Positions 18,103-28,905 are shown, numbered from the stretch's first letter. The stretch is DNA of 64,000 bases from an uncultured Planctomycetota bacterium (GCA_963841915.1 CAWJEN010000006.1:32001-96000); one strand, 5' to 3'. Notes: generated by a model from the letters alone, not told the origin. A program made the numbers and translations.

Positions 18103-18579
18103 ATGGCTTACAAGAAGTTCACTGCAAGCGTCGCCCAGCTCAAGCCCGACCCACGGTTCAACAACCTGCTCGTCAGCAAGTTCATCAACTGCCTGATGCT
18201 CAGCGGTAAGAAGCTCACCGCCCAGAAGGTCTTTTACGACGCGATGGACATCGTGCAGACGAAGATCGCCGACACCCCGCCCGTCGAGGTGTTCGAGCAG
18301 GCGATCAACAACGTCAAGCCCTACGTCGAGGTCCGCTCCAAGCGGGTCGGCGGTGCCAACTACCAGGTGCCGATGCAGGTCAACAAGAAGCGTCAGCAGT
18401 CATTGGCCATCCGCTGGATGCTCGACGCCTGCCGCGCCGAGAGTGGCCGCCCGATGAGCAAGATCCTCGCCGACGAAATCGCCGGCGCCTTCAACAAGGA
18501 TGGCAAAGCCATGAATAAGCGTGAAACCACGCACCGCATGGCCGAGGCCAACAAGGCGTTCGCGCACTTTGCCTTCTGA
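18103..18579 (+). CDS. rpsG: 30S ribosomal protein S7
   Basis: [28 protein letters not shown]. Confidence 0.99.
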   Translation: MAYKKFTASVAQLKPDPRFNNLLVSKFINCLMLSGKKLTAQKVFYDAMDIVQTKIADTPPVEVFEQAINNVKPYVEVRSKRVGGANYQVPMQVNKKRQQSLAIRWMLDACRAESGRPMSKILADEIAGAFNKDGKAMNKRETTHRMAEANKAFAHFAF

Positions 18580-18594
18580 TCACTCATCGGAAAC

Positions 18595-18715
18595 GCGAAG
18601 AAGCGAAGCCGGAGCGAAGGCTGATATCAGAGGGTGGTCGCTGTCAGAAAGCGATCACCCTCTTCTCGTTTCTCTTTCAGGCTTCTCCCACACCGCTCCG
18701 ACTTCGCTTCTTCGC
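18595..18715. terminator. Nested inverted-repeat structure after rpsG
   Basis: Outer 22-bp arms at 18595-18616 and 18694-18715; inner 14-bp hairpin at 18629-18663 followed by a pyrimidine-rich tract. Confidence 0.7.
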
Positions 18716-18763
18716 TTCTTCACTTCTTCGCGATTCTGACCAGGATTATTCTAAACTTTCCGC

Positions 18764-20035
18764 ATGAGCGACCTCAACCACTACGCTGCTGAACTTGCCC
18801 GTGGTGCCCGTGAGGCGTCGCTGGTCCTCATGAAAATGAGCGGCGAGAAGCGGTCTGCCGCCATTCGGCTCGCGGCCGACCTCATCGACGAGCGCGTCGA
18901 CGCTATCGTCACCGCCAACGCCAAGGACCTCGACGCCGCAGCCGATCTGCCTGCTGCAACCGTCGGCCGGCTCAAGCTCGACAAGGCCAAGATCGCCAAG
19001 ATCGCCGTCGCCCTCCGCGAGATTGCCGCCCAGCCCGACCCGCTCGGCCGCGTCCTGCACGGCGAGGTCAGGCCCAATGGCCTGCGGCTCGAGAAGCGAA
19101 CCGTCCCGCTCGGCGTGGTGCTGTTCATCTACGAGAGCCGCCCGAACGTCACCGCCGACGCTGCCGCCCTGTGCCTCAAGAGCGGCAATGCCGTCATCCT
19201 GAGGGGCGGCAAAGAGGCGGCCAACTCTGCACGTGCCTTGTACGGGTGCATGAGCGACGGCCTGGCCGGCTTCGGCTTACCGACCGCCGCAGTGCAGCTC
19301 GTCGACCGCCCCGACCGCGAGCTCGTGCCGATGCTTTTGGAGCACGGCGACTTGATCGATGTCGCCATCCCACGTGGCGGCAAAGGCCTCATCAAAGCCG
19401 TCACACAGGCGGCAACGATGCCCGTCCTCAAGCACCTCGACGGCAACTGTCACCTGTACGTCCACGCAGACGTCGCCTCGTGGGACGACGGCGTCAAAGC
19501 AGTCGCCGACATGCTCGTCAACGCCAAGACGAGTTACCCCGGCGGGGGCGTGTGCAACGCGGTCGAGCATGTCCTGTTCCACCGCGACGCGACGGGCCTG
19601 CTGCCTGCCGCGTGCGATGCCCTCGCCGCGGCAGGCGTCGACGTGCGGGGTGACGAAGCGGTGCAACAAGCATGGCCGAAGACCAAAGCCGTCGAAGCGG
19701 CCGAGTGGGATGAGGAGTATCTGGATCTCATTCTCTCGATCAAGGTGGTTGATGATCTCGATGAAGCAGTCGCACATATCAATCGGCACGGCAGCCGACA
19801 CACGGACGGTATCCTGACCCGTGACACCCAAGCTGCAGAGGCATTTGTCGCTTCGGTCGACTCGGCCAGCGTGACCGTCAACGCCTCGACCCGGTTCGCC
19901 GACGGGGGCGAGTATGGACTAGGTGCCGAGATAGGCATCAGTACCGACAAGCTCCACGCCCGCGGCCCGATGGGGGCGGCCGACCTGTGCAGCTACAAGT
20001 GGATCGTCACGGGCGATGGCCATCTTCGCCCGTAA
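18764..20035 (+). CDS. proA: Glutamate-5-semialdehyde dehydrogenase
   Basis: IYESRPNVT, ILRGGKEA, VCNAVE and NASTRFADGGEYGLGAEIGIST. Confidence 0.97.
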   Translation: MSDLNHYAAELARGAREASLVLMKMSGEKRSAAIRLAADLIDERVDAIVTANAKDLDAAADLPAATVGRLKLDKAKIAKIAVALREIAAQPDPLGRVLHGEVRPNGLRLEKRTVPLGVVLFIYESRPNVTADAAALCLKSGNAVILRGGKEAANSARALYGCMSDGLAGFGLPTAAVQLVDRPDRELVPMLLEHGDLIDVAIPRGGKGLIKAVTQAATMPVLKHLDGNCHLYVHADVASWDDGVKAVADMLVNAKTSYPGGGVCNAVEHVLFHRDATGLLPAACDALAAAGVDVRGDEAVQQAWPKTKAVEAAEWDEEYLDLILSIKVVDDLDEAVAHINRHGSRHTDGILTRDTQAAEAFVASVDSASVTVNASTRFADGGEYGLGAEIGISTDKLHARGPMGAADLCSYKWIVTGDGHLRP

Positions 20036-20464
20036 GAGGCGCATGCTGTTCAGATTTCTTTCGCGACCTGTACCGCATTGCACGATCGTTCATCTGCACG
20101 ACAGCGATCGCGAAACGCAACCGGCCCCGCAGAGCAATGCTCTAGCGAGGCCGGGTGGAGGAGGAATCGAATCTGTCTGCAGCCCATCTTGGCAAGTGGC
20201 GGACCACACCTGACAATTCCATCGAATTGCTAAGCAATCTTGTCGTATCCTCTTGATCTGTAACGTCTTGCACGTGACGCCGCGACGTTGGAGGGTTTAG
20301 CCCGCAGCTTGCATGCTGACGTTGCCGATGCATTGTTCTTGTGCACTTGGCGAGCTTGTGCACGTCGGCTGCGCATTGGTCGACGCGGGTGGTCGTGGAG
20401 ATGAACCTGCACACTTGGCCCCGGCGTAGTAAGCTCGCCCCACCGGCGGCTGCCGGTCCTCTTC

Positions 20465-23062
20465 ATGGTGCCACGCCGTTTTTGCCAGCTCGTCGTCCTG
20501 ATCGGCACGGTCGTCCTGCTCGGCCTCGTCGTTGGTTGCACCTGGTCCACGCCTGGTCGCATCGAGCGGCTTCAAGTGGTTAACGGCGGGACGACCCTCG
20601 TCACGACGACGCCCCGCATCGTTCGCCTGGCAGGCGGTGAGACAGACGGCGTGCTGCTGCGACCAGACGAGCGGACGCGCCAGCTGTCGGTCGAGTCGGC
20701 CGGACCCGTCGAGGTCACGCTCTACGAAGTGGTCGAGGCATCGATCGACCGGCGTGATCCGGCCGTCGTGAGGCGGACCGGGCGCGCAGACGGCGTGGTC
20801 GACATGCCGATCGGGCTTGTCGCGCTGGATGCAAGGGGCACGTTTCCTGCGACTGCTGCTGCGTGGGTCGACATCACATTGCCCCGCGGAACGACACGGC
20901 AGCAGGTCGTCACCGTCGTCGCCTTGGACGTTGGCGGCAAGGAGGTGGCCCGGCACAACGTGATCGTGCAGCCGCGTGGCCTTGACCTGCCTGACGACAT
21001 GCCGCTGGCGATGGCCGGCCGTGTGACGTGGGCCGAGCTGACGGCCGCCTGGCCCGAGGCGTTTGCCAGTGCCACGCCGACGACGATCGGCCGCGATATC
21101 GCGAGTCATCGGGCAGCCGTCGAGGTGCTCGACGCGATGATGGCCCGCAATCTGCCGCCGGGCGTGGAGGTGGCCGTCGAGGGCCTTCGCCCGCGGTTCC
21201 CGGCGGCATTGTCCGGTGCCGCGACGACCGATTGGCAGCGGTATGACGCGCTCATCGGGCCGTGGCTCGACGGTGCCGTTGCATTCCCGATGCCGCGACC
21301 GGGCGATTTGTGGCGGTACGGCAGTGAGCGACGCGCCCGCATCTGGCAAGGCGTGCTGGCTCACTTCTCTGAGCGGCAATGGCTCGACCATGCGACGTTG
21401 ACGCTTGAGGGCAGCGATGTGTCGCGAGCATTTGCCGACCCCAACACGCCTGGCCTGTCGTCGGCCCTTGCCCGCGAGGTCGATGCCGTGCTGACGATCG
21501 CGACGCGGGCGAGGGTGTTGCTCGACGCCCCCGCAGCGACATTCGACGACTTGCCGCCGAACGCGATGCCGCGGGCGGCCCGGCTTGTCGAGGTGTCTCG
21601 GCACGATCCCAGGCGGCTGGCGACGTGGCTGGCGATCGATGCGCGGGAGACAGACACCGCCGCATGGCTCGCCGCCGAGCGTGGTGCTCGTGTCGCCCTC
21701 GTTCGCGGCATCATCGAGCCGGGCGATGCCGACGCGTGGTTCCACAACGGTCGCTCGATCGGACGTGGCGAGCCGGTGGTGATCGGTTTCGGCCTGATTC
21801 GTGCCAGGCGAGCGTCGTTCGACGCCGCCTACGCCGCTGCCGCTGCGACAGTTGATGCGAACGCAACTGCGGCGATCGTTGACGCATTCGTGCGGCCGAT
21901 CGTGGTACCGACGGTGCACGCGTCGGTCGCCGTGGTCGATCTGCTCGCCGGGCCACAAACTCACGACGCCGCGGCCGCTCGGGAGCAGCTTGCCGTCATC
22001 GCGCAAGGGAGCAGCGGCAATGCCGTTGCGACAGTCGTTGCCGATCCGACGCCGCGGATGATGCGGCTGCGGTGGGATCTTGTTCAAGAGTCGATCGCGT
22101 CGGGTTCGACGCGGCTGGACGACCGCCGCCTGATCCTGCGGGCCGACGCGATCGCTCGTCAAGCCTCTCCGCCCGAACCTGAGGGCCTGCGGCTGATCCT
22201 CGACAAGCTTCCGGCCGGGTGGCAGGCTGATCCGCCGTCGATGCCGACGTCACCGCCGCCTCTGGGTCATGCCGTGGTTCTGTCGGCGACGGGTTCGGTG
22301 GCCGTGGACGACCTTCGCGGTGCGGGGCCGGCGTCGCTGCGCATGCAGAATCTGCACGACGCATCGCAACACGCAACGGAGGTCGCGGCCCCGGCGTCTC
22401 GTCTGGTGCCGTTGCTTCGGCCTGTCACCATCGACGGCACGTTGGGCGACTGGTCTTACGAGGCGGCGGTGCACCGTGGCCCGCTCGTGCCGTTGGCGTC
22501 GAGAATCGAGGCGGCGACGATTGGCCCCGCTGCCGACGTGTTAGCGGGTGTGACGAGCGACAGTCTTGTGCTCGCCTTCAAGACCGACGCTTTGGCCGAC
22601 AATCCCGCATCGGCGGGCGTCACCCGCACGCTCGGCCGCGTCACGGGTGAAGACGCCGTGGAGTTCGTGCTTCGACCCGTCCGCTACACCGCCGGCGACA
22701 GCCGTCCCGGGCCGGCCACACGCGTCATCGTCAAGCCCAACGGCGTAGCGTTCGTCGAACGTCTCGTCGACGTCGGCCAACTCTGGCGGCCTGTCGCCAT
22801 CCGACTCGACTATGCCACCACGCTCGGCGACGACGGCGTGTGGCGGGGCGAACTCCGGTTGCCCTTCATCGAACTTCTGCCACCCGAGCCGGGCAGGCGG
22901 ATCAACCTCGATCGGCCGGGCCTGATCCTGTTCAATGCGACCCGCTACGACGCCTCGACGGGTAACGCCGGCTCGTGGGCCGGCCCCACCGACGAGCCCG
23001 GTGAGGCCGACCTGTTGGGGGCACTGATTCTGCCTAGTGGCGAAATCGAGATGTTCCGATAA
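20465..23062 (+). CDS. Large exported hypothetical protein (possible lipoprotein, possible C-terminal CBM9-like domain)
   Basis: 865-aa ORF; LVVGC lipobox-like; PVTIDGTLGDW and WRGELRLPF motifs. Confidence 0.7.
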   Translation: MVPRRFCQLVVLIGTVVLLGLVVGCTWSTPGRIERLQVVNGGTTLVTTTPRIVRLAGGETDGVLLRPDERTRQLSVESAGPVEVTLYEVVEASIDRRDPAVVRRTGRADGVVDMPIGLVALDARGTFPATAAAWVDITLPRGTTRQQVVTVVALDVGGKEVARHNVIVQPRGLDLPDDMPLAMAGRVTWAELTAAWPEAFASATPTTIGRDIASHRAAVEVLDAMMARNLPPGVEVAVEGLRPRFPAALSGAATTDWQRYDALIGPWLDGAVAFPMPRPGDLWRYGSERRARIWQGVLAHFSERQWLDHATLTLEGSDVSRAFADPNTPGLSSALAREVDAVLTIATRARVLLDAPAATFDDLPPNAMPRAARLVEVSRHDPRRLATWLAIDARETDTAAWLAAERGARVALVRGIIEPGDADAWFHNGRSIGRGEPVVIGFGLIRARRASFDAAYAAAAATVDANATAAIVDAFVRPIVVPTVHASVAVVDLLAGPQTHDAAAAREQLAVIAQGSSGNAVATVVADPTPRMMRLRWDLVQESIASGSTRLDDRRLILRADAIARQASPPEPEGLRLILDKLPAGWQADPPSMPTSPPPLGHAVVLSATGSVAVDDLRGAGPASLRMQNLHDASQHATEVAAPASRLVPLLRPVTIDGTLGDWSYEAAVHRGPLVPLASRIEAATIGPAADVLAGVTSDSLVLAFKTDALADNPASAGVTRTLGRVTGEDAVEFVLRPVRYTAGDSRPGPATRVIVKPNGVAFVERLVDVGQLWRPVAIRLDYATTLGDDGVWRGELRLPFIELLPPEPGRRINLDRPGLILFNATRYDASTGNAGSWAGPTDEPGEADLLGALILPSGEIEMFR

Positions 23063-23099
23063 ACTCCCCGCGTTGCCTGACCGGGCGACGCTCTCGCCC

Positions 23100-23855
23100 A
23101 TGCAGACCAAGCTCCCGCGCCGCAAGTCCTCCGCCCGCCACGCCCGCCTCGGCAAGCGGTCCCGTGAGCCGATCATGCGCGACACGAACGGCCCGCGCCC
23201 GCGTGGCCTGCAGAAGCACCGCACCATGCGGGACGAGTCGACGCAGAAGATTTACGACCTGCACAGCCGCTTCTACGACGCCACCTTCGGCCGCTTGGTG
23301 CGTCGCCGCATCGGTACTGCCATCGTTGAACAAGTCCAGCTTGCCGAAGGTCAAGTCGCCCTCGACGTCGGTATCGGTACCGGTGGCTCTCTCGACTTCT
23401 GGCCCGCCGACCGCGGCACCGTCGTCGGCGTCGACCTGTCGGGCGGCATGCTCGACAAGGCGGCCGAAAAGATCGATGCCTCGGGCCGCACGAACACGCA
23501 CCTGAGCCGCACCAACGCCCTCAAGCTGCCCTTCGCCGACAAGGCCTTTGACACCGTCTTCGTCAGCCACGTCATCAGCGTCGTCAGCGACCCGGCTGCC
23601 GTGCTTCGCGAGTGCCTGCGGGTCGCCGCCCCTGGCGCACGCGTCGTGCTCGTCAACCACTTCCAGAGCGAAAACAAAGTTGTCGGCGCGATCGAGAAGC
23701 TGCTTTGCCCCATCTGCACGAAGCTCGGCTGGAAGAGCGACCTCGCCCTCGAGGACCTGCTCCGCGACGTCGGCATCGAGGTCGAGCACCGCTACAAGCT
23801 CACCAAGCCCGACCTCTGGGAAACCGTTGTGCTTATCAAGCCTGACGCGGCTTGA
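23100..23855 (+). CDS. Class I SAM methyltransferase, PmtA-like phospholipid N-methyltransferase
   Basis: YDLHSRFYDATFG, ALDVGIGTG, GVDLSGGML and VLVNHF; start uncertain. Confidence 0.8.
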   Translation: MQTKLPRRKSSARHARLGKRSREPIMRDTNGPRPRGLQKHRTMRDESTQKIYDLHSRFYDATFGRLVRRRIGTAIVEQVQLAEGQVALDVGIGTGGSLDFWPADRGTVVGVDLSGGMLDKAAEKIDASGRTNTHLSRTNALKLPFADKAFDTVFVSHVISVVSDPAAVLRECLRVAAPGARVVLVNHFQSENKVVGAIEKLLCPICTKLGWKSDLALEDLLRDVGIEVEHRYKLTKPDLWETVVLIKPDAA

Positions 23856-23911
23856 CGTGACCGACGCCGGCCTGATTTGCCAACGCTAACGCAACCCGTA
23901 CGCTGGCGGCG

Positions 23912-25147
23912 TTGAAGGTTCTGCTCGCTGGTGACCTCCACATCGGCCGCGCCTCGTCGCGGGTGCCGGGTGGACATGACGTCTCGGCCACCGATGCGTG
24001 GCGGCGATTGGTCGATGTCGCCTTGCGAGACAGCGTCGATGTCGTCCTGCTCAGCGGTGACGTCGCCGACCAGGACAACAAGTTCTGGGAAGCAGTCGGC
24101 CCGCTCGAGGCCGGGGTGAACAAACTCGCCGCAGCCGGCATTGAGGTCGTCGCCGTTAGCGGGAACCACGACCACGACGTCCTGCCACGCCTGGCCGCAC
24201 AGCTGCCGGACGGCTTCACCTTGCTCGGCAAAGGTGGCACCTGGCAGCGGCACACGCTCCGGCGCGACGGCCGTGCGGTACTGCACGTCGACGGCTGGTC
24301 GTTTCCCGGCCGCTACGTCGAGCGTGATCCGACCCTCGACTACCACCTGCCCCACGCCGACGACGCCCCGACGATCGGCCTGCTCCACGGCGATCTCGAC
24401 GACGCCGCCAGCCCGTATGCCCCGCTCGCTGCCGCCCGCCTCCGCTCGCTGGGGCCTGCCGCGTGGTTGCTGGGTCACCTCCACACCCCGCGCCTGCTAA
24501 GCGATCACGCCTGCTGGCTGCTCTACCCCGGCTCGCCACAGGCACTCGACTTCGGCGAGACCGGCGTCCATGGCCTTTGGCTGCTCGATGTCGACAGTCA
24601 CCTCCACACGCCCCGACAGGTGTCGTTGTCGTCGGCGCGGTACGTGCTCTCGACGCTCGACCTGACAGGCGTCGACACGATCGACGACGCCAACAACGCG
24701 GTGCTGAACCATCTGACCGACGTCGCCCGACAGGCCATCGACGCAGGTGGTGGCGAGTTGAAAGTCCTGGCGATGCGGCTGCGTGTGACGGGCGAGACGT
24801 CGCTGGCCGACAAGCTGCCTTCGATGCTGACAGAGCTTGTGCAGGACTACGACGCGACGGTTGACGGGGTCAGCGTCGGCGTCGACAGGTTCACCTGCGA
24901 CGCCCTGCCGCCGCTGGATCTTGACGAGCTCCGCACCAGCCACACACCACCCGGCGTGTTGGCTGCCGTGCTGCTCGACGCCTCGCCCGACCACCCGGCC
25001 GCCCGGCGAGTCGCCGCAGCGTTGAACCGCATCGATCGCTCTGCCGTCTTTCGCCCGCTCGACGACGAACCCGTCGCACCGACCGATGCGACGGCAGACC
25101 GCGCCCGTGAGACGTTGCGTCAGCTCCTGGCGGAGGCTGCGTCGTGA
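23912..25147 (+). CDS. SbcD/Mre11-like metallophosphoesterase (YhaO-like)
   Basis: GDLHIG, SGDVAD, GNHD, LGHLH and YPGSPQ. Confidence 0.9.
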   Translation: MKVLLAGDLHIGRASSRVPGGHDVSATDAWRRLVDVALRDSVDVVLLSGDVADQDNKFWEAVGPLEAGVNKLAAAGIEVVAVSGNHDHDVLPRLAAQLPDGFTLLGKGGTWQRHTLRRDGRAVLHVDGWSFPGRYVERDPTLDYHLPHADDAPTIGLLHGDLDDAASPYAPLAAARLRSLGPAAWLLGHLHTPRLLSDHACWLLYPGSPQALDFGETGVHGLWLLDVDSHLHTPRQVSLSSARYVLSTLDLTGVDTIDDANNAVLNHLTDVARQAIDAGGGELKVLAMRLRVTGETSLADKLPSMLTELVQDYDATVDGVSVGVDRFTCDALPPLDLDELRTSHTPPGVLAAVLLDASPDHPAARRVAAALNRIDRSAVFRPLDDEPVAPTDATADRARETLRQLLAEAAS

Positions 25148-28100
25148 CCGGCCGCGCCGTCAAGCTGACGCGCCTGCAGATCGATCGTGCGCCCGGCATC
25201 GAGCGCGGCCGCGGGTGGGTGCTCGGCAACCTGTCACCAGGCTTCAACCTCATCCACGGCCCCAACGGCTCGGGCAAGACCACCACGGCCCGCACGATTC
25301 AAGCGCTCCTGTGGCCCTCGCTGGCCCAGGGCCAGCCGACCGTCAGCGGCAGCTTCGACTTCGACGGCGAGCCGGCGACGATGCAGATCGAGGCCGGCAC
25401 GCCCGTTTCACGCGTCATCGAGTGCGGCCCGAGTGAGCGGGCATCGCGGTACCTGTTGGCGTTTGACGACTTGCTGAAGTCGAGCGACAGCGACATGGCC
25501 AAGACGCTGCGGGACGAGATGGCCGGCGGGTACGACCTCGATGCCGCCGCTTCGTCTCTCGGCTACGCGCCCGATCCGACGCTGCCACGCGGCGCGTTAC
25601 GTGATTACGACGCTGCCACCAAAGCCGTCGCTGCCGAGCAACGCAAGCAAGAGCAGCTTCAACACCGGGCGGGTGAATTGGCCACGCTTCGGCTCGACCG
25701 CGCGACGGCCGAGGCGGCAGCGAAGCAGCGGCGGTCGCTTGACCTTGCGATGCAGGTGCAGGCCAAGGCGGCCGAATTGCAGGCCATCGAAGCCGAGCGT
25801 GCTGCGCTACCGCCGGAGGTGGCGAAGCTGTCGGGTGACGAGGCGGCTGAGGTAGCCGCGCTGGAGCAGGCGGCCATCGAAGCCACCGCCGATCGCCGGG
25901 CGGCCGAGACGTCGCGTGCCAAAGCCGTCGACAAGCTGGCGAGCCTGAAGCTGCCCGACGACAACGTGCCACCTGCCGTGCTGGCGACCTTGAACGGGCT
26001 GGTGCGAGAGGCCCGTGAGGCGGCGACGCAACTGGCGACGCAGCGTCGCGAGGCTGTCAAAGCGAGCGCCGCCGCGACGGAGGCCAGGCGTGTCATCGGC
26101 CATGCGATCGAGGTTCCGCTGACGGTGACCGACGGCGACGACTTCATGGCTCACGCTCGCCGCGCCGACGCCCTGCGGGCAGAGCGGGCGGTGCTCGATG
26201 CACAAAGGCAACAACTTGCCCGGCCACACGACCCGACACCGACGGCGACGGTGGAGCAGCTTCGCGACGCGGCCACGTCGCTGGCCCGCTGGCTCGCCGC
26301 CACGCCCGCCGGTGGTGACGCGGCAAAGCCGACGGCTTGGGCCGCGCTCGCAGCTGTCTCAGCCACCTTGTTTCTGATCCTCGGCATCGTGCTCGCCGTC
26401 AGCGTGCACGTCGCGTGGCTGGCCTTGGGACTTATCGGGGTCGCAGTCTTTGTGTCGTCCTGGTTGCTGTGGCGTCGGCCGACGTCGGGAGCATTAAACG
26501 AGCAACCGATTCGGGAACGAGAGTTTGCCGCCACGGGTGTTGCATCGCCCGACGCATGGGACGTCGCGACGGTCGCGTCGCGGCTGACGGAACTTGCCAC
26601 CGATCTGGTGACGCGGCGTGCGGCCGACGCGTCGGCCGAGGCGGCGTCTGCGCTTCAGTCGGCGGCGCAGCGGCTCGACGCCGATGAAGCAGCGCTCGAT
26701 GCGGCCCGCAACGCCTTGCAGCAGCGGCTCGGCGTGACGTTGCCGGTCGAGGACGCGTGGTTGCCTGTGCTGGTCGGAAATCTTCGCGACTGGCAAGGGC
26801 GTCACGCAGATGCCCTTGCCGCCGACGCTGCGGTCGTGCAGCAGGAACGTGAACTCGCGGCCGTCCTGTCGCAGGTGGTCGAGGTGGCCAGAGCGTTCGG
26901 ATTTGCCGCGTGTGAATCGGCCGAAGTGGCGGCAGAGATCGTTCCCGACCTGTCGCGTCGCCAAGCCGCAGCCGACGAGGCTCGGCGGGAGATGAGCGAC
27001 GCCGACCGGCAGCGACGCGAGGCCGACACGGCTGCGAGGCGAGCGAGCGATGCACTGCAGGCGTTGCTCGAGCGGCTTGGCACTGACGCCGACGAGATTC
27101 ACCTGCACCTGAGTGACTGGCTGCGACTCCGAGGTCGCTTCGTTCAGCTCGACGAGGCCACCCGCGAGGCGGAGCTGGCGAAAAAACTGCTGGTGTCGCA
27201 GCTGGGTGACGACGCGTCGCTCGTGGAGCTGACGCCGGACGCGTTGGCTGAGCAGATGACTGACGCCGCCGACGCGGAGGATCGACTGGAGGGTGTTCGC
27301 AAACAGATGGCCGACATTGAGGCAGAGATCCGGCACGCCAAGCAAGGCGGTGACCTGTCGGCAGCGTTGGCGGAGCAGGCGACGGCACGGGAGAAGCTCG
27401 AGGGCGAACGCGAGCGTTGCCGACGCGCAGCGGCAGGGGCGGCTTTGGTCGACTGGCTCAAAGAGCAGGCCCAGCGTGACCGCCCGGCCGTGTTCGAGCG
27501 GGCCAACGCGTTGCTCGTCCGCGTAACGAGCGGGCGGCTCAAGCTCGAGCTCGAAGGTGACGGCTTTGCGGCCGTCGTCGACGGTGACAAGCGGCCGCTG
27601 AACAAGCTGTCGCTCGGCGAGCGGACGCAGGTGCTGACGAGTGTGCGGCTGGCGTTCCTGACGCACGATGAACCGGCGAAGTTGCCGTTGATTCTTGACG
27701 AAGTGCTGGCCAACACCGACGACGAGCGGGCGGATGTGCTCATCGACGTGCTGCTGGATCAGGCGAGTGTCGAGGGGCGACAGGTGTTCTGCTTCACCGC
27801 CCAGCGGGACGAGGCGGGCAAGTGGCTCAGCCGCTTGGAGAAGCGCGGGATGGTGTTCGAGACGATCGATTTGGCGAGCGTGCGGGGCCTCGGGGCGACG
27901 GTGCCGCTGGCAGTCGCGGCCGTCGACAAGGCACCGTTGATGGAGCCGGAGAATGACGACCGACACGCGTACGCCGCAGCACTGAACGTGGGCCGCTTCG
28001 ACCCGGCGAAGGGGCTGGCGGCGACGCACGTGTGGCACGTCTCACCCGACAATGCAACGACGCTGGCCCTGCTGCGCCACGGCATCGAGCGGGCGTCGCA

Positions 28101-28533
28101 GCTGGTGACGCTGCTGGAGGTGCCGGGGGCGACAGACCTGGCGTTTCTGCACGATCGGCCGCGTATTGAAGCGTCGCTGCGGGCGCTACAGGCGGCGATC
28201 GAGGCGTGGCAGGTCGGGCGGGCGACCCCGTTGGACCGAGGCGTACTCGACGGCTGCGAAGGCGTGAGCGAGCGGTATCTCCAACGCGTCGCCGACTGCG
28301 CCGCTGGCGTGTCGTGGGACGGCGAGCGGTTGATCGAGGCGCTGAAGGCGGGCGAGGTGAAGGGCTTTCGCGAGAAGCAGCGGGATCAGCTCGAGGCCGA
28401 ATTGCGTGACCGCGGGCACATCAACGAGGAGCCTTTGCTCGACCGCGAGACGGTCCGCGGGCGGATGCTGGTCGCGGCATCGCCGACGGTGCTCGACGCG
28501 GCGTGGGTGGAGGCGGTCTTGGCGGCATGTTGA
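25144..28533 (+). CDS. SMC/SbcC-like coiled-coil ATPase (YhaN-like) with internal TM hairpin and C-terminal extension
   Basis: GPNGSGKT, LSLGERTQ and LILDE; long coiled coil; GTGA overlap with the upstream gene. Confidence 0.88.
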   Translation: MTGRAVKLTRLQIDRAPGIERGRGWVLGNLSPGFNLIHGPNGSGKTTTARTIQALLWPSLAQGQPTVSGSFDFDGEPATMQIEAGTPVSRVIECGPSERASRYLLAFDDLLKSSDSDMAKTLRDEMAGGYDLDAAASSLGYAPDPTLPRGALRDYDAATKAVAAEQRKQEQLQHRAGELATLRLDRATAEAAAKQRRSLDLAMQVQAKAAELQAIEAERAALPPEVAKLSGDEAAEVAALEQAAIEATADRRAAETSRAKAVDKLASLKLPDDNVPPAVLATLNGLVREAREAATQLATQRREAVKASAAATEARRVIGHAIEVPLTVTDGDDFMAHARRADALRAERAVLDAQRQQLARPHDPTPTATVEQLRDAATSLARWLAATPAGGDAAKPTAWAALAAVSATLFLILGIVLAVSVHVAWLALGLIGVAVFVSSWLLWRRPTSGALNEQPIREREFAATGVASPDAWDVATVASRLTELATDLVTRRAADASAEAASALQSAAQRLDADEAALDAARNALQQRLGVTLPVEDAWLPVLVGNLRDWQGRHADALAADAAVVQQERELAAVLSQVVEVARAFGFAACESAEVAAEIVPDLSRRQAAADEARREMSDADRQRREADTAARRASDALQALLERLGTDADEIHLHLSDWLRLRGRFVQLDEATREAELAKKLLVSQLGDDASLVELTPDALAEQMTDAADAEDRLEGVRKQMADIEAEIRHAKQGGDLSAALAEQATAREKLEGERERCRRAAAGAALVDWLKEQAQRDRPAVFERANALLVRVTSGRLKLELEGDGFAAVVDGDKRPLNKLSLGERTQVLTSVRLAFLTHDEPAKLPLILDEVLANTDDERADVLIDVLLDQASVEGRQVFCFTAQRDEAGKWLSRLEKRGMVFETIDLASVRGLGATVPLAVAAVDKAPLMEPENDDRHAYAAALNVGRFDPAKGLAATHVWHVSPDNATTLALLRHGIERASQLVTLLEVPGATDLAFLHDRPRIEASLRALQAAIEAWQVGRATPLDRGVLDGCEGVSERYLQRVADCAAGVSWDGERLIEALKAGEVKGFREKQRDQLEAELRDRGHINEEPLLDRETVRGRMLVAASPTVLDAAWVEAVLAAC

Positions 28534-28651
28534 GTGGTGCGCACGGACCGCGGCCGCCGAACTTCGGGCGGCCGACGTGCGAGATGCATCGGCCGATCAA
28601 CATGTCGCACGGCGGCGGACGACCCACAACCGCACTGGCCGAGCCGCAGAA

Positions 28652-28667
28652 TGTTCCACGTGGAACA
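28652..28667. promoter_or_regulatory. parS centromere site
   Basis: Perfect palindrome TGTTCCACGTGGAACA matching the ParB-binding consensus TGTTNCACGTGNAACA. Confidence 0.9.
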
Positions 28668-28905
28668 TTGCACGCCTGCACTCCCCAAATCGGCCGCCGA
28701 CCCGATTTGGTCGCCGCGGCGCAACGCGAAGCGTCGGCCGCACCATTCGGCGACGCCTGTCGTACAAAGGCCCATCGGTCGACGTGTCGCGGCGTGGCGG
28801 TGACGGCACGGCTAAGCTCGCGAGACGGCACCCGCCGGAGTCATGGCCGATCTGGCTGCCTGTGCCGCAGCTCGCACGCCTCGGTGGGTCTTTGTGAAGG
28901 TGCTC

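Noticed and set aside
20040..20460. ncRNA or sigma-54 promoter in the 420-bp gap after proA
   Set aside because: No recognisable RNA family, and the best TGGC...TGC match has GG-N9-GC spacing rather than N10.
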